A DNA stretch of 63,277 nt, filler included, from Stramenopiles sp. TOSAG23-2 (GCA_900128395.1; 42 parts of 42 records of this genome joined end to end with filler, not necessarily neighbours in it); one strand, 5' to 3'. Numbered from the whole stretch's first letter, positions 1 to 12,141 are shown. The notes: generated by a model not told the origin, from the sequence alone. Numbers and translations: made by a program.

Positions 1-378
1 AATACTGTACTGTATCCCAAAGCTCACTCATTGTTGTTGTTGTTGTTGTTTGTGCACTTGTCAACAATAATTAATTCGAAATTAAATAATAATAGAATTA
101 TTTTTGAAATAGACTATTGTATATTATTGAAAAGGGGAAAGTGATCATATATATTGGATATCAATGTCTACATTTCGTGATATTTAATTTTTCGTATTTC
201 GTATATATATATATATATATTTGTATTATATTAATTTGATTATTGGGAGATACGTATATATACACCATATATATTATTATTAATATAAGTCGTCTATATT
301 GATAATAATTATTAATTATATAGTAAGTTAGTTGTGTGAAAAAATATATATATTTATATATAAAAAAATATACCAAGA

Positions 379-888
379 ATGATGCATGCTACTGGACATA
401 TGTATCCGACGGGAATGGGGCAAGGGATGGAAATGGATCCAGAAGTATTGAAAATGGCAATGGATGCTGTTACCCTTAATACAGTCATGGGTATACATGC
501 TTTTTTTTCATTGATTGTTGGGACGTTACTTGTAATATTACCTCATACATTATTTCATGATATGTCTGGCGCATATTCATTTTTAGCACATGAGGTCATA
601 AGATGTTATGGTGCTGTTACGATTGGATTAGGATATATGGCATATAAACTTCGTTACATTAAAGATGGTAGAATTCGTAGATTATTAGCAGAAACATATT
701 TCGTTGTTTATGGTGTTACCACAATTTCTTTATGGAAGGCATGGATCAGCAATCCTTCACACCATACATTATGGGCTTTGACACTTATTGCATTGTCGAC
801 ATTTGCAACATTTTTTTATGGGTATTTTCGATTTTTACGACCAATTAAAACATTTCAATTACCAGGTGCTGGGAAAGGTAATTTATAG
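379..888 (+). CDS. Four-TM membrane protein, TP53I11/PIG11-like
   Basis: Complete ORF with four hydrophobic segments; IRCYGAVTIGLGYMAY...RRLLAETYFVVY resembles the TP53I11 IRLYGGALL motif. Confidence 0.6.
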   Translation: MMHATGHMYPTGMGQGMEMDPEVLKMAMDAVTLNTVMGIHAFFSLIVGTLLVILPHTLFHDMSGAYSFLAHEVIRCYGAVTIGLGYMAYKLRYIKDGRIRRLLAETYFVVYGVTTISLWKAWISNPSHHTLWALTLIALSTFATFFYGYFRFLRPIKTFQLPGAGKGNL

Positions 889-1420
889 AAAGAGAGAGAG
901 AGAAAGTTATAAAAAATTATGCCTTGGTATATCTTTGACGTATTGAAAAAACTATTTTTTACGTGTGTGTGTGTGTTTGTTCGTGATACATGGCTATGAA
1001 TTATTATTAATAAATTCGACATAAGATTTTTCATTTTTTTTTTCCTGAATCCTGAAGAATATTGACAGGAATAGCATCAACACAGTATTGACTTTAGTAA
1101 TGATTCAGAAGATGACTACTATACTAAATATTGTACTTAAAGTGAAATTTTGATCTGATCCCTAACCCCGAACCCGATCAAAACGCGCCCCACAAACAAA
1201 CAACAACCGTTATTTGTCAAAAAAACTGTAAGAGTTTAATAATTTAATAATATGTGTGTTAGTGGTGAAGAAAAAGAAAAACATTCAAATTAAACAACAA
1301 AAATATCACTTATCTTATGTTATCAATTGCTGTAAATACTTAACAAAAAAACTATATCTATATACATTATCATTACAAATTTTTTCTTTGCATCGTGAAA
1401 TATTTATTTATATATATATA

Positions 1421-1520
1421 NNNNNNNNNNNNNNNNNNNNNNNNNNNNNNNNNNNNNNNNNNNNTTAATTAATTAANNNNNNNNNNNNNNNNNNNNNNNN
1501 NNNNNNNNNNNNNNNNNNNN
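1421..1520. other. Artificial contig linker N44-TTAATTAATTAA-N44 (first of 41; recurs about every 1.5 kb)
   Basis: Identical 100-bp spacer with stops in all six frames; contig lengths fall monotonically from 1420 to 1399 bp. Confidence 0.99.
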
Positions 1521-2938
1521 TATGTTTTACCTGAACCAGCTGGACCGTAAATATGAATATTGTTAATTTTGTTGTTGTTATTATATTTCTTATAATATTC
1601 ATCTAGTTTTTTTTGCTGATCAGGTGTGAGAGTATCGTTTGCTAGTCTACCTTCTTCGCATATCATCCTTAACGTATTCAATAATTGTCTTCGTTCCGGT
1701 AGACAATTGATGTTGATATTTTTGCATCCTATCTTTGTAGCAATTTTTTGAACATCACCTATTTGCATCATACTAAACTTTTCTATCATATTATTAAGAT
1801 TTTCTGGATTCATCATGATATGTGTTTGAAATAAATTATAGAAAATTGCTCCGGTATGTTTTACTTCAGCATTACTAGCAGTATTATTATTATTATTATT
1901 ATTTTGTGGTTTTGCGCGTAATATTTCTTCTTTTTGTTTTTTTGGTACCAACGCTGCATTGTTTTTTATATTTGTTTGTAAAAGTGGGTTTATTCGTGTT
2001 GCAACAACACTGCCATCTTTCTGCAGTATCTTCGGTTTTGCGTTATAAATATTTTGAATGCTGGTTGCCCAAAAACCTACATCTCCCCTAAACACTGGCA
2101 TCATATTTATTTTTCCAATACCTTTTAAATATTCTTTGTTCGGAGGGCATTTATCAAGCATTTCACCTATTTTCTTTTTATGTTCGATATCATGTACCAC
2201 TACTAATGGCTTTCCATATTCGACTGCCCATTCTAATTCTTTCACGCAAAATGATCGGGTGAAATATAATGGTGACATTATTACAAGTACCAGATCAGAA
2301 CACATAATGCCTTCTTTCATCGCATCTTCATCCTGTTCGTGCATCCTTACATCTAACCAACATGTTTTTTCATACTGATCTCGCATCGAGTAAAACACAT
2401 CAAGTGCAATATCTTTCGAATCTGATTGCACATGCGATATAAAATAATCCCAATGTCCAGGATCATTCAAAATTGTAGTACTTGTTGTTGATGATCTATA
2501 TAAATCCATTTTTCCAACTTGTTTTTCAACATTATTATCGTCTTTTTTAACATGCGCTAAAATTTTATCGTTTTGTTTTTGAAGCTTAATATCTACATCC
2601 TTTGTCAAAGTTTTGTTCATATCTTGTTTTAAATTGTTACTATTGTTGTTGCTGTTATTATTGTTATTGTTATTACGATCGAAGCTTTGTTGCCTTGCAA
2701 GCAATACTTTTTCTGGGTCACCTGAATATGTAGTCTTCGATTTCCCCGCTATCTCTCTTATTATTGTTAAATCAGATCCCTTCTTCTGTTGATTTTGTTG
2801 TTGTTGCTCTAGTTCATCAACTCGACCATCAATCTTTACAACATCTCTTTCCAAGGCAATAATATTTTCCTCTAACTTGACATACTTTTCATAAATATCA
2901 TAATAAAATATTTTTAATCCTTCCAAATGTTCATTCAT
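1521..2938 (-). CDS. Coiled-coil + TIR (TIR_2-like) + small helical domain + start of P-loop NTPase (SF1-helicase-like), 3'-truncated
   Basis: WDYFISHVQSDS..CWLD..SDLVLVIMSPLYFTRSFCVKELEWAVEYGKPLVVV (TIR, ~2040-2451); LTPDQQ then IHIYGPAGSGKT Walker A at the contig end. Confidence 0.85.
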
Positions 2939-3042
2939 TTNNNNNNNNNNNNNNNNNNNNNNNNNNNNNNNNNNNNNNNNNNNNTTAATTAATTAANNNN
3001 NNNNNNNNNNNNNNNNNNNNNNNNNNNNNNNNNNNNNNNNAA

Positions 3043-4209
3043 GGGGGGGGGGATGAATTGATAAGTAACGACGATACTAACAAACAAGGCAGTAATCAGC
3101 TTGTACTAGACAGCAACAGCTCACCAGTTCCAAGCGGTACGCTAACAAGTTTGAAGAAGGAAAACTTGAGTGGTATGATTCTTTGTGCAACAGGGTTACC
3201 GGGATCCAATATGGACTCTTTTTTATCTTCGTTGAAAATAATACTTCATAAATTTAGCGAAGACAAAATCTCCGTGGAGATTATAAAAGTATCAAAAAAT
3301 TGCCATTTGTATAATGCGAAGTGGGAGTCACCGAAGGAAATTGCATTTGCATGGCACGTCCATGTTTTAACGTCCTGTATTCATAGCATGAATCATTGCT
3401 ATAATCTGTCTACAAGTGGGAACAAAAATATATATATTACCGATTGTAGTCTTGTAAAATGTTATAGTCACGCAGTTACTGACTTTTGCAACGGGCACAT
3501 GTCGAATTCTCAAATGGAAGCCTATCATAATTATTTTCTTACATCAACTAAAGTCTCGTATGCGTGCCAATTGGGTATACAAAGTAAAAAAGCATCTGCT
3601 AACGTAATCATATTGTACCTTGCAAACAATCCTGTAACTTGCCGCAAAAATATATTACAAATGAAAGAGGGTGTCTCCAATGTAGAGGAGAAAAAGCTTT
3701 TGCAAAACTTTGTCTCGTTGGCGTATTTAGAGTCAATATATAGCAGAGACCTGGAATTGATATCGCAACAATGTGAGCATAAAGGCAATGTCCTGATAGT
3801 AGGAAAAGGCATGTCGAAGGATTATAGAATACTGTATAAGAAATTACTGGATGTCAAAAATGGGAAAACGAAGTTGCCAACTATCACATTTGAATCTGTG
3901 ATTAGAGTATCAATGGAAGAGATTGGTGGTTCAAGGAAGCCGTGGTTGACAGCAAAAAATATTGTATTTTACTCCAATGATGAAAGTCTTTTTGCAAGCT
4001 ATAACGATTTGTGTAAAGATCGATGGAAATACAGCACGTTTACGCCCTACTCGGTATTGGATAAACATGTTGAAACTGTCTACATACAAAAGCAATTTTG
4101 GATAATGCGATCTCCTCATATTGTTGATGTCATACTTGAACATATGTCACGTGGACAAAATATAGTCGTTTACTCAATTCATGAAACTTTCAAAAGTAAA
4201 ACGACATAG
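3043..4209 (+). CDS. Deoxynucleoside-kinase-like protein with degenerate P-loop plus C-terminal extension (5' end uncertain)
   Basis: ILCATGLPGSNMDS (degenerate Walker A), IYITDCSL (ERS position), GHMSNSQMEAYHNYF, ILYLANNPVTCRKNI and VSLAYLESIY occur in dNK motif order. Confidence 0.6.
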   Translation, partial: GGGDELISNDDTNKQGSNQLVLDSNSSPVPSGTLTSLKKENLSGMILCATGLPGSNMDSFLSSLKIILHKFSEDKISVEIIKVSKNCHLYNAKWESPKEIAFAWHVHVLTSCIHSMNHCYNLSTSGNKNIYITDCSLVKCYSHAVTDFCNGHMSNSQMEAYHNYFLTSTKVSYACQLGIQSKKASANVIILYLANNPVTCRKNILQMKEGVSNVEEKKLLQNFVSLAYLESIYSRDLELISQQCEHKGNVLIVGKGMSKDYRILYKKLLDVKNGKTKLPTITFESVIRVSMEEIGGSRKPWLTAKNIVFYSNDESLFASYNDLCKDRWKYSTFTPYSVLDKHVETVYIQKQFWIMRSPHIVDVILEHMSRGQNIVVYSIHETFKSKTT

Positions 4210-4559
4210 AGGCCATACAGGTATGCCATGTATCCCCATAGAAGCTCGTTTACCATATTTTGGATGCTAAAATATATTCTGATGGTTAAATGCTAAGTTA
4301 TTTAATATATATACATATATATATGCATAACCATAACCAGACTTCATTGAGTCGCCCGCAAATGATATTTTAATATCTGATGCGGAACCACCTGATCCCG
4401 ATTATACCATTTATGTAGACACACAAGTTAATACTGTGCAACAGAGTCAAGCTTATTANNNNNNNNNNNNNNNNNNNNNNNNNNNNNNNNNNNNNNNNNN
4501 NNTTAATTAATTAANNNNNNNNNNNNNNNNNNNNNNNNNNNNNNNNNNNNNNNNNNNNC

Positions 4560-4844
4560 AATTTACCATCTATCATAGCATGGATATTAAATTTAATAAT
4601 AGCTGGTATTGGATTGTATGTATTGATTCGTGTAAGTGTTGGAAAATCTGTAAATATTTGTTGTTGCAAATTTATAAGTGGTAATGTTGAAAGTAAAATT
4701 GATAAAGTTGAATTAATTAATCAAAATAAAAAGGAAGAAATAATACCAACGATAGAAGAAGGTGGGGATAATACGGTTGCAAATGATAATAGTAATGCAA
4801 ATGATAATGGGAATGATGAAGAGAAAATAATCGAAACAGTGTGA
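4560..4844 (+). CDS. C-terminal fragment of a membrane protein (TM helix then acidic tail)
   Basis: Frame open from the contig start: IIAWILNLIIAGIGLYVLIR then a polar tail to TGA. Confidence 0.45.
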   Translation, partial: NLPSIIAWILNLIIAGIGLYVLIRVSVGKSVNICCCKFISGNVESKIDKVELINQNKKEEIIPTIEEGGDNTVANDNSNANDNGNDEEKIIETV

Positions 4845-5403
4845 TGTATTATATATATATATATGTATATTATATACAAATGATAAATGTTTTTATAAAC
4901 GCCCTATCATGGGTTTAGTCTTGAGATTGGAGATTTTTTAGATATTTATAGATTGGAGATTGTGTGATATGACCAGATGACGGAGACTGGCAGAAAATAG
5001 CTGTGGATAGACTGAAAATAATTTTTAGATCCTTTTCATATTACAGTAGTAGGTGCATACCATTATATTAGTTTCCTAGTTGAAGCAGTTGCCTCGTGCT
5101 TTTACTTTATAAAGGTTGCAAAGCACGAGGGCACGAGGCATGATCTAAAATATCTTTTTGCAGCATGCAGGTAAATACCATTGTGGATTGCCAGATTGTT
5201 GCTCTCCCTTTTGTCCAAGTAAGACATAAAAATATAGATACAGAAGTATTACAATATCGAAAAGGTACAAAGGTGCAAAGTACATAAAGAAAAGAAGGAG
5301 ACAAACAACAAAAGAATAATAAACGTAATCTATAAAACGAAAACAAACAAACAAACAATTTTATTAACAAGTTTATATAAAACAACAACAACAACAGCAA
5401 AGA

Positions 5404-5976
5404 ATGACATCATTTAACTCTATTAAATATGAAGACCCATCAACTTTGCCATTTAAACTTCCAGCTGGAGTTGGCGAAGTAGATGCTGCATTTATGCAAG
5501 GGGTATTAAGACATCGTGGTGCAATCGGTGAAGATGTGGAGGTAACATCCATTGAAAAGAGTGACGTAGGCATGACTGCTGGTTACTTCAGTTCCATCGT
5601 ACGTGTTAAATTAACCTACAGTAAAGAGTGTTCAGCACCACCTTCGATGATTGTAAAATCCTGGCCACCTTTTGAACTTTTATCAAAAGATGCCATTAAA
5701 GGTATGTTCATCATGGATATGAAAGGTTACAGTGAATTCACTGGTGATGAATGGTACCCAAGACCAAATGTATACCTTGCAAGTTACGACGAGTCTGAAG
5801 ATAGATGGGCATTGGTTATGGAAGATGCATACAATTTTGCTGACCACGCAGTACATGAAAAACCACTTACACTCGAACAGGTAAAAATTATGATCCCAGC
5901 ACTTGTTGATTTTGCTGTTAGATTTGAAGGTTGTAATGAAGAAAGTTCACCTATGTTTGAACGCACCAAACATATT
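5404..5976 (+). CDS. Ecdysteroid-kinase/aminoglycoside-phosphotransferase-like small-molecule kinase, N-terminal part
   Basis: VDAAFMQGVLR..VTSIEKSDVGMTAGYFSSIVRVKLTY..PPSMIVK and PNVYLA..ALVMED, typical of the EcKL/APH N-lobe. Confidence 0.7.
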
Positions 5977-6076
5977 NNNNNNNNNNNNNNNNNNNNNNNN
6001 NNNNNNNNNNNNNNNNNNNNTTAATTAATTAANNNNNNNNNNNNNNNNNNNNNNNNNNNNNNNNNNNNNNNNNNNN

Positions 6077-7494
6077 TGGCAATACTTAGATCATAAAAAT
6101 GGCAAAACGTATTATTGTACAAATGCAAAGGAGGAACATCCCTTATTATTAGAAGAAGGAGCAAGGTTTTGCAAATATCATATGAAACTTTGTGTAAATG
6201 ATCATACAAACCGAGGAAACGACAATAGAAAATTTCAACAGATACAAGCACCAAATAGATATGCATTATGCGATGATTGTTGGCATGAAAAGTTGACCGG
6301 ATTTCCACGTAAAATACATGAATTTCGCATACCAGGTGTTTATACAGTGAAAGAAGAAAATTATAAGCGATTAGCAAATGTACAAGCTGCAACAACTGCA
6401 TCAGATGCTAGCAGTGGTACAGATGGGGAACAAGAAAAGCCAAAATGCCGTTTCAGGAAAACCAATATGTCCACAATGAGGCGTATGTTTTGTACTGCCG
6501 AGCCAATACGCCATCGGGTAACGAAAGCACAATTGTTTGAATGTGGATGGCACCAGAAAAATTGTATAGCCGCACACACTGGGAAACCACCAAAAATTGA
6601 AATACCAAATGAATTAGGTGTGTGTGTAGCTCATTACATATCAATAACAGGATCAAAGCCAAGTACTATAGCCTTTCATTGGACGCAAATACCTACTGTA
6701 GTTTATAAAAGGAATGAATTACGGATAGCACCAAGGAAGCATAGTTTAGCACCGAGGGGTATGCCAGCATGGAAAGCAGCTAAAATAAAAGAGAGAATGG
6801 AAAGACAACAAGTGCGTACTGACGATGATGGTAGTTCAAATAATTTATTTGAAGATGAAACTCCATTGTCTGAAATATTAATGAATCAAGTAAAAAATTT
6901 AGCTAGATATGTATATACAATGATTCCAGCACCACCGGTCCCAGTTATCAAAGCAAAATTTTTCCTAAAGCAACAACTTTTCGTTTATAGATTAAAGAAA
7001 AAATATCCAAAAAAAGCACTTATAATACAACGTACTTATCGCGGTTACTTGGGACGAAACAGAGCAAGGCTTTTACGAGAACGTGCCCATAGAAATAAGC
7101 GTGATCATAGCGCAGTAATAATTCAACGATTGGTCAGAAAATTTTTAGGCAGTTATTATGCAAAAATATATTTAAATAAAAGAAAAGTTGCAGCAGCAAC
7201 AATTAATAGAGTGGCCCGAGGATATTTATCAAGACGACGTTTAAGACGTAAATTGCGCGCAATCCAAATTCAAAAAAACATTAGAGGATTTTTAGGACGT
7301 ATAAAAGCTGGTGGAAAAAGAATTTTAAGAGGTTTAGACGATGATAAAATAGATCGTGTTTGGGCTAATAAAATTTTATGGACAGCATGCAGACGATGGT
7401 TAGCACGACGACGAAGAGTCTATTGGTATGTACCAGATACACGCGAAGAAGATGCAGCGTTTTTGCTACAAAGAAATATTCGTGGATTTTTAGG
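6077..7494 (+). CDS. Cys/His-rich N-terminal repeats + multiple IQ calmodulin-binding motifs (partial at both ends)
   Basis: Frame open from the contig start (WQYLDHK..FCKYHMKLC); IQRTYRGYLGR, IQRLVRKFLG, INRVARGYLSR, IQKNIRGFLGR, LQRNIRGFL. Confidence 0.8.
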
Positions 7495-7594
7495 NNNNNN
7501 NNNNNNNNNNNNNNNNNNNNNNNNNNNNNNNNNNNNNNTTAATTAATTAANNNNNNNNNNNNNNNNNNNNNNNNNNNNNNNNNNNNNNNNNNNN

Positions 7595-7831
7595 AAGAAT
7601 ACTAAGGTGATTGAGTTGTTATTAACTAATATGCCTCTTAATAGCATTAATAAGAAGACCAGTGCCGGGTCCACTCCCCTGGACGAGGCATATGATAATA
7701 ATAGTCCAATTGAACAAAAGATCATTGATCTTATACGTTCAAAAGGTGGAAAAGCACCAAAACAAAAAGAAAGAGAACGCGAGGAAAGAGAACGCAAAGA
7801 AAAAAAGAGCGGTAGTTGTATCATATCATAA
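7595..7831 (+). CDS. C-terminus of ankyrin-repeat family protein ending in charged tail + CaaX (CIIS)
   Basis: IELLLTNMPLNSINKK..GSTPLD ankyrin repeat; ends KEKKSGSCIIS*; nucleotide paralogue of 60379-60545. Confidence 0.8.
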   Translation, partial: KNTKVIELLLTNMPLNSINKKTSAGSTPLDEAYDNNSPIEQKIIDLIRSKGGKAPKQKEREREERERKEKKSGSCIIS

Positions 7832-9112
7832 AAAGTGACTTTTAAAATATTAATATATAATTTTTTATTTAGATGTTTATATATATTAATGTTTATATTT
7901 TATATTTTTTTAAATATTTAAAATGTTTTATTTAATTTCGTACATCATTTCGTTAACATTATTATTTTTTTATATAAAAACATAATTTTGATTTCGTCAC
8001 ATTATAAAACTAATTATTGTCAACATATCTACTCCACGATATATCAACATACACGATGCCATTGCAATATATATGTAAATTTAATTAATAAACAAAATTA
8101 ATTATTACAAATTATGTCAGTTTGTACCAGTTATTGTTTGAAAATTTACTAATTTTATTATTTAAAACTAAAAAATATTTATCAAAATGTATTTCTCTAG
8201 ATTGAAATATCCATATATATGTATAAGTGACTTGCGAATATATATAGATATATTCAATATATCTAACTTCTCCTCATATAATTTAATAAATGTGCATAAC
8301 AAAAATTTATTGATTATAGAAGAGAGTTATTAAAAAGAAGACGATCCGTGGTACAAAAAAACTTTTTCTTAGTATATTTTCAAGATTTGTATTAATGCTT
8401 TTGCATATTCTGTGTTAGCAGTTCCACAAATATATTTATATTTTTTTATATTTATTCACCAACAACAATTTCATTTTTCAATTATTATGTTTTATTCTTT
8501 AGTAGTAGTATAAAATGTTTTGAAATTGAATCAATTAAGAAGCCTTTTCGGTAGATTCTAAATGCGGCGGAACAATGCGTATCGTATAATATCAATGGGG
8601 GGACGAAAACGAATTATTGTAATTCCATAAATGATACGTATAGAATAATTCAATTTGCAGTTTCTAAAATATGATGGTTAAAATCTACGAGTCGTAAGTT
8701 ATTAATAATTTTACAACCCTTCTCTCTCGTGTTAAAAGTTAAAAGTAATATGCTCAATACTCAATCAAAATGTGAATAATATTCTAATCGTATATCCTAC
8801 TATATAGTAAAGCTCTAATGCACCTCTCTGCAAACTAATACTTGTTTCTAATATATATAATACAATATATTTGATCTCTCTCTTGGCAACATATCTTAAA
8901 TCACCACCCTTACCACCACTCATTACCTCTTTCCAACTTTCACTTTAAAACCATTTTTCAATGGTGCAACAATTGTTTGTATATATTTTCCATCATGTGG
9001 TTTAATCAAGNNNNNNNNNNNNNNNNNNNNNNNNNNNNNNNNNNNNNNNNNNNNTTAATTAATTAANNNNNNNNNNNNNNNNNNNNNNNNNNNNNNNNNN
9101 NNNNNNNNNNAT

Positions 9113-9397
9113 AGTGCAAGTGGTAGCGCGGAGAACGACGATGCGGATGGCGAACAAGCTACAAAGGAGGAAGAGAGTGCAAGTGGTAGCGCGGAGAACG
9201 ATGATGATGACGATAATGATGACACGAATGGCGAGAAAGCTTCAAAAGAGGAAGTTAATGCAGAGGAAGCGGAAATGCAAGAAGATGAAGATGAAGATGA
9301 AGCAGAAACTGGTGGTGCAACCGGTGATGCCACCGATAATGCAACTGGTGATGCAACTGGCGATGCAACTGGAGAAGAAGAGGGAAATACGGAATAA
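9113..9397 (+). CDS. C-terminal fragment of a very acidic low-complexity protein (frame absent from the ORF track)
   Basis: Reads SASGSAENDD (twice)..EDEDEDE..ATGDATDNATGDATGDATGEEEGNTE*; repeats are in codon register. Confidence 0.7.
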   Translation, partial: SASGSAENDDADGEQATKEEESASGSAENDDDDDNDDTNGEKASKEEVNAEEAEMQEDEDEDEAETGGATGDATDNATGDATGDATGEEEGNTE

Positions 9398-9859
9398 AAA
9401 GTCGACACATAATTTAAAATGTAGATATAATCCTGGTTAAATTTTACCGAATAAAAAGTTTTATATTTTTTTTTACTCTCTGCTGTCGTAAAAATATTTT
9501 TATTACATACTCTCTTTCTTCGTAAAATTGTAAAAAATGCATATATAGTACACATACACGCATATTTTAATTGTTTATTTTCTTATTTCGTATTTGATAC
9601 TCTTTTTTTACATATTATTTTATATAACTCACCACATCCTCTTCTTATACTGTATTATAAAATACCTCTGTATATGCTGTCGCTGTCCTGGCCAGCTGGC
9701 TGTGGCATTTTTTTCTCACATTTTTTTTTCATATTTTTTTGCAAATTATTGTTTATTTTTTGACATTATTACGTTCGTAATAAAAATACCATCATTTAAT
9801 ATATTAATATATATATATATATATTGCACGTCCAAATATTTTTCTATATATATGACAAA

Positions 9860-10526
9860 TTATGGTAACCATACAATACAAACAATTGCTGTAATATCAT
9901 CTCTTGAACCTCGTCTTGATGCCTCTGCTACTAACTGATCTGCAATATTTTTCGATTCTGCTGTTTGTTTACATGGATTTCCAGTTTTTTTATTTTCAAT
10001 TGCTCTATGTATAAAACTAATTACTTCATGATTTTTAAAAACATCCCATAGACCATCTGATGCCAATACAAAAACATATAATTTATCTTGTTCAATTTTT
10101 CCTTTCCTCATTTCAGGAGTAGCAATTAATCCGGTATTTCCTTTATCCTTAACATCCAAGTCACCGATGGTACGTGACGGTTCCAAAATACCATCCAATC
10201 TACCATGTAATACTCTACCACCTGCACGCCGGATTCGAGTACTTTCAACTTTTGCTGTATGATCAGTACTCAACGCAATGACTTTTTTATTTCTTTTATT
10301 CCATCCTATACCTGCGATGCATCGACAATCACCAACACCAGCAACAATGTAACTGTCTTCTGATAAAACACATGTAATCAAACATGCACCACTATCATCA
10401 CCTACTCGTCTTGCTTGTTTACAATATCTTTCTTCAGCTTCTGCAATACCATTTTTAACTGCTTTATACCACGAATTTTTTGTTGATTGTTCTTGTTGAT
10501 TCATAACATGATACATGAAATTCTCT
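9860..10526 (-). CDS. Protein phosphatase 2C (PPM) catalytic domain, C-terminal part
   Basis: SGAC, AGVGDCR, DH, SRTIGD, LASDGLWD and GSRDDIT motifs. Confidence 0.95.
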
Positions 10527-10626
10527 NNNNNNNNNNNNNNNNNNNNNNNNNNNNNNNNNNNNNNNNNNNNTTAATTAATTAANNNNNNNNNNNNNNNNNN
10601 NNNNNNNNNNNNNNNNNNNNNNNNNN

Positions 10627-10900
10627 ACAGATATGATGTAACATCCAAATCTTCTACATTATGAAAATTAGTTGCTGGTGTAACATCAATGATATCTTCC
10701 ATTATGATTTTACCCTTAGGTTTAGTGTTTTCTGGTGACACAAAATACTGCAAACATGCTTTTCTCACTGCAAACATTCCTTCTGACGTCCGCGTCATTC
10801 TTGGTTGTTTATATGAAAACCAACGTTTTTTCCATCCTTTATTAAATCCACCTCTTTTAATAAGCCAACCACTGAAACCTTTTTGGACTGGATTACTCAT
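10627..10900 (-). CDS. N-terminal PH domain protein (fragment)
   Basis: SGWLIKRGGFNKGWKKRWF..LQYF..KPKGKI. Confidence 0.9.
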
Positions 10901-11369
10901 CTTTGCATATGTATATATTGATATATATATATATTATGTTTTTATATTGTTCTTATTTACTAGTATGACATATATAATTACGGTTTTTTTAATCATTTAC
11001 TACTATATATATCTGTCTTTTTTTATATCTCTCTTATCGTGCTATAATATACAAATATATGTTTATCAATTATTAAATTATTAGACGACTAATAATCTTT
11101 ATCAACTCCATCATTAAAAAAAAGATATTATTTTTATTATTAGGAGGCACACAGCATTAAAGTAGAAAGGATTTTTTTGTTGGAGAATTTTATATTATAT
11201 CTTTTTTTATTGCCGCCACAGATGGATTGCAAAAAACAATATTAATAGAATTCAGTTTGTTATGACACATTGCCCATCATGGTTTTATATCAAGAAGAGA
11301 AGATATACAAATTATTACTATAGAAACAGATCAAGATAAATAAGTGTATAGAAAATCATACACCAAAAT

Positions 11370-12041
11370 ATGCAAACACATGATGAATTACTAAATTTTT
11401 ATAAAGAATTAGAGGAAAATGATGTTGATCAACGTAGTATTATGGAATGGTTGTTAACACCCTTTTTTTTTGTGACGAGTAGAATTGTTCCATTTGCAAT
11501 AGGATTGCCTTTTTTTCAAAATAATATACAACATCTTGATCGAAGCCGTCACGATTTTATACTTCGTAGGATGCTTGTTCCTGCTACATATCCAAAATAT
11601 AGTCATAAAACTGGTGTCATGTCAAAAGATATTGAAACTCCTAGTTGCACACCTGGTATTAAAAACATTTCAAGATTCTTTTTGCCACGGAAAATTATTA
11701 TGGAACAAAATGTAAATGTAAAAAAAAAAGTGCCTTTAATGATATTTATTCATGGAGGAGGTTGGGCCACTTTAGATTGTAAAACAAACATGTATACAAA
11801 TCTATGTGAACGTTTTTGTAATGATTTACAGATGCCTGTTTTATCACTTAATTATAGACTTGCACCAGAACATCCATATCCAATACCACTTGATGATTGT
11901 TATGCTACTTTAAAATGGTTAGGAACAAAAGATTCTATTGTTGAAATACCTGAATATATTAATCGTGAAAAACTAATTGTATGTGGTGATAGCGCAGGCG
12001 GTAATTTAACAGCAGCTATTTCATTAAAGCATGTGGATTCT
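11370..12041 (+). CDS. Alpha/beta hydrolase, hormone-sensitive lipase (GDXG) family, 3'-truncated
   Basis: FIHGGGW, YRLAPEHPYP, GDSAGGNL. Confidence 0.95.
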
Positions 12042-12141
12042 NNNNNNNNNNNNNNNNNNNNNNNNNNNNNNNNNNNNNNNNNNNNTTAATTAATTAANNN
12101 NNNNNNNNNNNNNNNNNNNNNNNNNNNNNNNNNNNNNNNNN

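Noticed and set aside
1159-1178. Telomere-like CCCTAACCCCGAACCCGA
   Set aside because: Only one canonical unit, internal position, too short
9055-9555. ORF-track calls 9055-9555(-) and 9114-9440(+)
   Set aside because: Shadow frames of the acidic repeat CDS at 9113-9397; most short overlapping ORFs in the track are likewise antisense or low-complexity shadows
9860-10900. Apparent PH-PP2C single gene across the linker
   Set aside because: Contigs are ordered by length, so adjacency and shared strand are coincidental
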